From: Akkermansia sp.
GTDB taxonomy: Bacteria > Verrucomicrobiota > Verrucomicrobiia > Verrucomicrobiales > Akkermansiaceae
Assembly (NCBI GenBank): GCA_051884295.1
Contig: JBJEVK010000048.1
Span: forward strand, 3,820 to 67,819
Direction of reading: 5' to 3'
Length of the DNA: 64,000 bases
Position 1 is the first letter of the stretch, and each line of letters opens with the position of its first letter. Made by a program: the position numbers and the translations under genes. The notes under the pieces were generated by a model. That model had not been told where the DNA came from. It saw only the letters and a program-made list of their open reading frames with translations, and did not search any database. Of this stretch, positions 59,035-64,000 are shown in pieces.

Positions 59035-59844
59035 ATGCACCGTACGCAACTCACCATGCTCGGCACGGGCAATGCCGCTGCCACCCGCTGCTACAACACC
59101 TGTTTTGCGCTGCGCACGGCGCAGGGCGTGCTGCTGACCGATGCGGGCGGCGGCAACGGCATCCTGCCGCGTTTGGAGGCGGCGGGCATCGGCCTGGAGG
59201 AAATTCACGACATCTTCATCACCCATGCGCACACGGATCACATCCTCGGCGTGATCTGGGTGCTGCGCTTCATCGGGCAGAGGATGAATGCGGGGCGCTA
59301 CGCGGGCGAGCTGCGCGTGTGGAGCCACGACGCGGCGCTGGAGTTCGTCGATTGGGTCTGCCGCCACAGCCTGCCGGGCAAGCTGGTGCGGCTGCTGGGC
59401 GGGCGCATTCGGCTCTGCGAGCTGCGCGACGGGGAGGCCTTCGCCGCTGCGGGAATGCGCCTGCAGACCTTTGATATCCGCTCCTCAAAGGCCAAGCAGT
59501 TCGGCTACCGCGCCCTGCTGCCCGACGGGCAAAGCCTCGTCTGCCTGGGCGATGAACCCTTCAACGAGGCGCTGCGCCCCCACGTGCAGGGCGCGGACTG
59601 GCTGCTCTGCGAGGCCTTTTGTCTGGCAGCGGACAGCGAGCGCTTCAAACCCTACGAAAAGCACCACAGCACCGCCGCCGATGCGGGACGCTTGGCCGCC
59701 ACCCTCGGGGTGCGCCATCTCCTGCTTTACCACACGGAGGACGAGACCCTGCCCACGCGCCGCAGAGCCTACAGCGCCGAGGCGGCGAGCTTCTTCAAGG
59801 GTCATGTCGTTGTCCCCGACGACGGCGAAATCCTGACGCTGTGA
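59035..59844 (+). CDS. MBL-fold metallohydrolase, RNase Z/ElaC-like
   Basis: MLGTG, THAHTDH, HST, LYH; alternative start at 59026. Confidence 0.8.
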   Translation: MHRTQLTMLGTGNAAATRCYNTCFALRTAQGVLLTDAGGGNGILPRLEAAGIGLEEIHDIFITHAHTDHILGVIWVLRFIGQRMNAGRYAGELRVWSHDAALEFVDWVCRHSLPGKLVRLLGGRIRLCELRDGEAFAAAGMRLQTFDIRSSKAKQFGYRALLPDGQSLVCLGDEPFNEALRPHVQGADWLLCEAFCLAADSERFKPYEKHHSTAADAGRLAATLGVRHLLLYHTEDETLPTRRRAYSAEAASFFKGHVVVPDDGEILTL

Positions 59845-59859
59845 GGGGGGCGAAACAAG

Positions 59860-59893
59860 CTCAGCCGCTGCTCCCGACGGAACAGCGGCTGAG
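59860..59893. terminator. Hairpin between convergent genes
   Basis: CTCAGCCGCTG/CAGCGGCTGAG stem. Confidence 0.55.
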
Positions 59894-59920
59894 AAGATGC
59901 TTCCGCAAACGGCAAGAGCC

Positions 59921-60916
59921 TCAGAAGCCCTCTTCTTCCGTCGTCGCCGCAGGTTGCTGCGGCGCGGGAGCTGCCGGGGTAGCAGGCTGCGGCGTCGTTG
60001 CGGCAGGAGCCGCAGCCGGCTGCGGAGCCGGGGCTTCGCCGTGGTCGACCACGGTGTCATCGGAGCTGTCAGCCGGCTTCTTTTCGGGAGCCGGGGCGGC
60101 GGGGGCGGGCGCCGGAGTGGGCGCCGGGGCGGGTGTGGCTGCCTGAGTCAGCGGTTCGTCGGTCTGGGGATTCACCTCTGTGCCGTTGATGAACTTGCGC
60201 GTTTCCATCTGCCCCGTCGCGGGATTGTAGCGGGAAATGCTGCGGACTTCCTTGACATTGCCGGCGGCATCGCGGGTGATGGAGACGGATTCGCTCTGCG
60301 CGCTGAACTGCACGCCGCTGCCCGTGGTGGCGGCGCTGCCGAGGGGGGCGGTCGTCGTGGGCAGGGGGGCGGGAGCCGCCGCGGCATCAGGAGCCGGCTG
60401 GGCGGGGGTGAGGGGCGCCGCGGGGGTGACGGCGGGCGGCGCCTGGCGACGAGCCATGCGGCTGCAGGCGCGGATGGACTCGCCCTGCTGACCGTTGATG
60501 AGGTAGAGGTGGTCAATGCGCAACACCGCTTCCTCGCCGGGCTGCATTTGGGCGATGGTATCCACGATGGAGGCGGGTTGCCCCGGCAGTTGCTTGTTCA
60601 TCGCCACGGTGAACTTGGTGCCGCTCGTCAGCGGACCGTCGCCCAGGCGATTGTATTGCTTGTAGGCAAGGGGTTGGATGACCTGGAACACGGCGACCGG
60701 CACCGTGACGGGAGCGTCATCGTTCACGCCCTGAACGGTGAGGTCGTGCAGCCCGACAAAGGTGGCGCTGACGGTGTTGGCCGCCAGCAGGTCGCAGTTG
60801 GCGCGCGCCTGCATGTTAGCGGGGGCGGCGGGAACCGTCGCGGTAATGTCGGCAAGAACCGCCGGGGTGGTGCCGAGCAGAGCGAGCAGGGTGGACAAGC
60901 GTGCAATTCTGTTCAT
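59921..60916 (-). CDS. Hypothetical secreted Pro/Ala/Thr-rich protein
   Basis: Signal peptide MNRIARLSTLLALLGTTPAVLA; PA-rich linkers. Confidence 0.75.
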   Translation of the reverse strand: MNRIARLSTLLALLGTTPAVLADITATVPAAPANMQARANCDLLAANTVSATFVGLHDLTVQGVNDDAPVTVPVAVFQVIQPLAYKQYNRLGDGPLTSGTKFTVAMNKQLPGQPASIVDTIAQMQPGEEAVLRIDHLYLINGQQGESIRACSRMARRQAPPAVTPAAPLTPAQPAPDAAAAPAPLPTTTAPLGSAATTGSGVQFSAQSESVSITRDAAGNVKEVRSISRYNPATGQMETRKFINGTEVNPQTDEPLTQAATPAPAPTPAPAPAAPAPEKKPADSSDDTVVDHGEAPAPQPAAAPAATTPQPATPAAPAPQQPAATTEEEGF

Positions 60917-60949
60917 ATGTCGTTTAGATAGCAGGAGAAGAGCCTTTGT

Positions 60950-61969
60950 TCAAAGAAATTCCAAATAGGGTGGTCGGTAACGGATAGCGGAGGGGCTGTC
61001 GTCGGCGTACAGCTGCCCCGTTCCCAGCCCCTGGGGAGCCCCCGGGGGGCGGCGGACGCACCAGCGCGCCAGCGCCTCGAGCCCCACGGAACTCTCCAGC
61101 GCCGAGTTGAGCAGCACCCGGCAGCCTTGCGCGCGGGCGGCGCATTCCCACTCCCAAGCGCCGCGCAGGCCGCCGTGCAGCGTGGGCTTGACCACGATGC
61201 AGGCCGGGCGCAGCCGCCGCAAAAAGGCGTGCTTATCGCCCTCGAAGCCCGTCAGCTCCTCATCGAGCGCGATGGGCAGCGGCGCGGCGCTCAGGAACTC
61301 GGGCAAGCGCGGGTCGTCCGGCGGCAGCGGCTGCTCCAGCAGGTGCAACCCCGCCTCAGCCAGCTCGCGGGCGCGCTCGAGCGCTGCCTCGGTGTAGGCG
61401 CCGTTGGCATCGCCGTGCAGGCGGCAGTGCGGGAAACGGCGCGCCGCCTCGCGCACCAACGCCGACTCCTCCGTCCACGGGAGCGCGCCGAGCTTGAACT
61501 TGAGGCAGCGGAAGCCCTCGCGGGCGCGCGCCTCCATCGCCCGCAACATCGCCGCCGCGCTGTCGCGCCAGATGAGTCCGTGCAGCTCGATGCGGCGGCA
61601 CAGGGGGCGATGCTGCTGCCACAGCCCCAGCAGGTCAGCCAGCGCGCCTTCGAGCCCGAAGCGGGCGGCCGACTGCCCGCGCAGCAGCTCCGGACGCAGA
61701 GCCTGCGCCCGCTCCGTCGCCGCGCAGAGGGCTGCCAACGTTTCCGCGTAGTGCTCGCAAGCCTCGGGCGAGCGCCCGGGCAGGGGGGAGCACTCGCCCA
61801 CGCCGGTGCGGCCGTCGGCTGCGCGTGCGTGAACCAGAAACACCTCGCGCTCCCGCAGTTCGCCCCGGCTCAGCCGCGCGGGGCGGTGCAAGCGGAGCAC
61901 GCGCCGCTCCACCCGCAGGGTAAAGGGGGTGTCGGGTTGCTCCAGACGGCGGAAAAACGACGCCTCCAT
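60950..61969 (-). CDS. menC: o-Succinylbenzoate synthase (in men operon)
   Basis: LKFKLG, DANG, LEQP, LDEE, VKP; TGATG overlap with menB. Confidence 0.88.
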   Translation of the reverse strand: MEASFFRRLEQPDTPFTLRVERRVLRLHRPARLSRGELREREVFLVHARAADGRTGVGECSPLPGRSPEACEHYAETLAALCAATERAQALRPELLRGQSAARFGLEGALADLLGLWQQHRPLCRRIELHGLIWRDSAAAMLRAMEARAREGFRCLKFKLGALPWTEESALVREAARRFPHCRLHGDANGAYTEAALERARELAEAGLHLLEQPLPPDDPRLPEFLSAAPLPIALDEELTGFEGDKHAFLRRLRPACIVVKPTLHGGLRGAWEWECAARAQGCRVLLNSALESSVGLEALARWCVRRPPGAPQGLGTGQLYADDSPSAIRYRPPYLEFL

Positions 61970-62787
61970 CAGGGCAGCTTGGGATACTTGCTCCAATCGG
62001 GCTTGCGCTTCTCCAAAAAGGCGCGCGAGCCCTCGTGTGCCTCATCGCACATGTAGTAGAGCGCCGTAGCATCGCCCGCCAGCTCCTGAATGCCTGCCTG
62101 GCCGTCGAGCTCGGCGTTGAGCCCCGCCTTGATGAGCCGCAGCGCCAGCGGCGAGAGCTGCATCATCTCCTCCGCCCACTGCACATACTCATCCTCCAGC
62201 TGCGCCAAGGGCACCACCTTGTTGACCAAGCCCATCTCCAGCGCCTCCTGCGCGCTGTACTTGCGGCAGAGGAACCAGATTTCGCGCGTCTTTTTCTGGC
62301 CGATGCAGCGCGCCATGTACGACGCGCCGAAACCCGCGTCGAAGCTGCCCACGCGCGGCCCCGTCTGCCCGAACACCGCATTCTCGGAGGCGATGCTCAG
62401 GTCGCAGACCAGGTGCAGCACATGCCCGCCACCGATGGCAAAGCCGTTGACCGCCGCGATGACGGGCTTGGGCAGGCTGCGGATCTGCTTCTGCACATCC
62501 AGCACCGACAGCCTCGGCAAGCCCTCGGCGTCCAAGTAGCCGCCGCGCCCCTTGACGTGCATGTCGCCGCCGCTGCAAAAGGCGATGTCGCCCGCCCCCG
62601 TCAGCACCACCACGGCAATATCCTGCAACTCGCGGCAGCGGTAGAGCGCATCGCTCATCTCGGCTGTGGTCAGCGGTGTAAAGGCGTTGCGGTAGCGCTC
62701 GCGGTCGATGGTGATGCGCGCGATGCCGCCGCAGCGCTCGAAGCGAATTTCCTTGTAGTCGCGAATCGGTGTCCAGTCTCGTTTCAT
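61969..62787 (-). CDS. menB: 1,4-dihydroxy-2-naphthoyl-CoA synthase
   Basis: [27 protein letters not shown]. Confidence 0.96.
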   Translation of the reverse strand: MKRDWTPIRDYKEIRFERCGGIARITIDRERYRNAFTPLTTAEMSDALYRCRELQDIAVVVLTGAGDIAFCSGGDMHVKGRGGYLDAEGLPRLSVLDVQKQIRSLPKPVIAAVNGFAIGGGHVLHLVCDLSIASENAVFGQTGPRVGSFDAGFGASYMARCIGQKKTREIWFLCRKYSAQEALEMGLVNKVVPLAQLEDEYVQWAEEMMQLSPLALRLIKAGLNAELDGQAGIQELAGDATALYYMCDEAHEGSRAFLEKRKPDWSKYPKLP

Positions 62788-62806
62788 GGGTCGGGGGTGG
62801 TGGAAA

Positions 62807-64000
62807 TCAGTATTTGCTGCGGAACTCGCGGAGCAGGGCGGCATCGGCGGCGGCATCCGTCATCGCCTGCACCAGCACGGGCGCAGCAGCGTTCGGGGAA
62901 AGCAGCGCCGCCAGCGCGCCCGGCCACTCGCTGCGGCAGCGCACCGTGTGCACCTCCCAGCCGCGCGAGCGCGCCCACGCCGCGGCATCCGTCCTGTGCG
63001 GCGCGCGCACAAAATCATTGGGCGGCATGGGCAGGGTGTCGAAAATCCCCCCGCCGCCGTTGTGCAGCAGCAGCACGCGCAGGTTCGACCCCACGCCGGG
63101 CAGCCACAGCGCATTCATGTCGTAAAAAAAGCTCAAATCGCCGATGAGCACGAGATTGAGCCGCGCATCGCCCGCCGCATAGCCCAGCGCGGCCGAGAGG
63201 GAGCCCTCGATGCCGTTGACCCCGCGGTTGCACTCCGTCTGCGTGCCCTCCGGCAGGGCAACGAGCTGCGCGTAGCGCACCGCCGAGCTGTTGGCCAAGT
63301 GCAGCACACTGCCCGGCGGCAGCGCGGCCAGAGTCTCCGCCACCAGCTGCGCGGCGCCGTAGCCCGCAGGGAGAGGCGGGGGCTCGGGGCAGCGCCAGCG
63401 CGCGGCGTAGGTGGCATCTCCCCCGTCGGCCAAGGGTGCCGACAGGGCAAAAAACGCTTCGCTCTGCCCCTCGACCACGCGGGTCAGTGCCCCGAAGGTG
63501 TCGACCACCGCGCCGTCGGGCGACAGGTGCCAGTGCTCGCGCGGCGGGTGCGCCCGCAGCAGCGCATGCAGGCGTTTGGAGACGACGCAGCCGCCCAGCG
63601 TCACCAGAAGCTCAGGGCTTAGCGACGCCTCCGGCGCAGGGCCGAGCACCGCATCGGGAAAGACACAGCAGGCGCCGCGCGGCGCATTGCAGAGGTGTTC
63701 GCCGACCAAGGCAAAGCCCCCGGCGGCGGCGAATTCGGGCAGGCCGGGAGGCAGCGCCGACATCTGCCCGCAGAGAATCATGCGGCGCGGGCAGCCGCGC
63801 AGCGTGCGCCGCAGCGCCGCGCGTTCTGCCTCGGTACAGCGCGCCGCCTCGGTGCGCCGAATGACCCGCGCCGGCGGTAGAGCGCGCAGCTCGGTTTGCC
63901 CGAACAGCGGCTCCGACAACGGCACATTGAGATGCACGGGGCCGCCGCCGTGGTGGCGCAGCGCGAGCAATGCCTCGTTGATGAGGCGGTTGGCAAAGGG
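62807..64000 (-). CDS. menD: SEPHCHC synthase, C-terminal part (5'-truncated by window edge)
   Basis: [36 protein letters not shown]; frame open to the window end. Confidence 0.93.
   Translation of the reverse strand, partial: PFANRLINEALLALRHHGGGPVHLNVPLSEPLFGQTELRALPPARVIRRTEAARCTEAERAALRRTLRGCPRRMILCGQMSALPPGLPEFAAAGGFALVGEHLCNAPRGACCVFPDAVLGPAPEASLSPELLVTLGGCVVSKRLHALLRAHPPREHWHLSPDGAVVDTFGALTRVVEGQSEAFFALSAPLADGGDATYAARWRCPEPPPLPAGYGAAQLVAETLAALPPGSVLHLANSSAVRYAQLVALPEGTQTECNRGVNGIEGSLSAALGYAAGDARLNLVLIGDLSFFYDMNALWLPGVGSNLRVLLLHNGGGGIFDTLPMPPNDFVRAPHRTDAAAWARSRGWEVHTVRCRSEWPGALAALLSPNAAAPVLVQAMTDAAADAALLREFRSKY

Noticed and set aside
3885-63147. Many long antisense or alternate-frame ORFs (e.g. 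3885-6809, 39115-41691, 51019-53232)
   Set aside because: They overlap well-supported genes, are low-complexity R/A/G/P/H-rich translations with no motifs, and are expected in high-GC DNA.
1-64000. CRISPR array, tRNA, rRNA, IS/transposase or integrase
   Set aside because: No regularly spaced repeats, tRNA T-loop or cloverleaf signatures, or transposase/recombinase motifs were seen by eye.

Overview
GC-rich bacterial chromosomal window. The PEP-CTERM protein, Verru_Chthon-A-like pilin-type proteins and MKLHLP-leader autotransporter suggest Verrucomicrobiota, probably Akkermansia-like (inference). It is mostly housekeeping: pyrG, leuS, cysS, ftsH, ribBA, queCF, pyrE, class III RNR, men genes and RNase P RNA. 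Surface-related accessory genes are interspersed: two tandem ~1.3 kaa pilin-like paralogues with divergent centres, an IdeS/Mac-like PEP-CTERM protease, two PilT ATPases, an AT-rich acyltransferase island, a GT2 and a large autotransporter. The main discovery candidate is a pair of small putative invertible DNA segments, one upstream of the acyltransferase (22640-22785) and one upstream of the autotransporter (42641-42817). Both are bounded by inverted repeats of one site family, AYAGCM-N7-TGCTKW, with locus-specific 7-nt cores. In each, the gene-proximal repeat forms the -35/-10 spacer, so a TTG-type -35 is joined to the fixed -10 only after inversion. No recombinase gene, CRISPR array, tRNA, rRNA or intact IS was seen. 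All calls are by eye; no searches were run.
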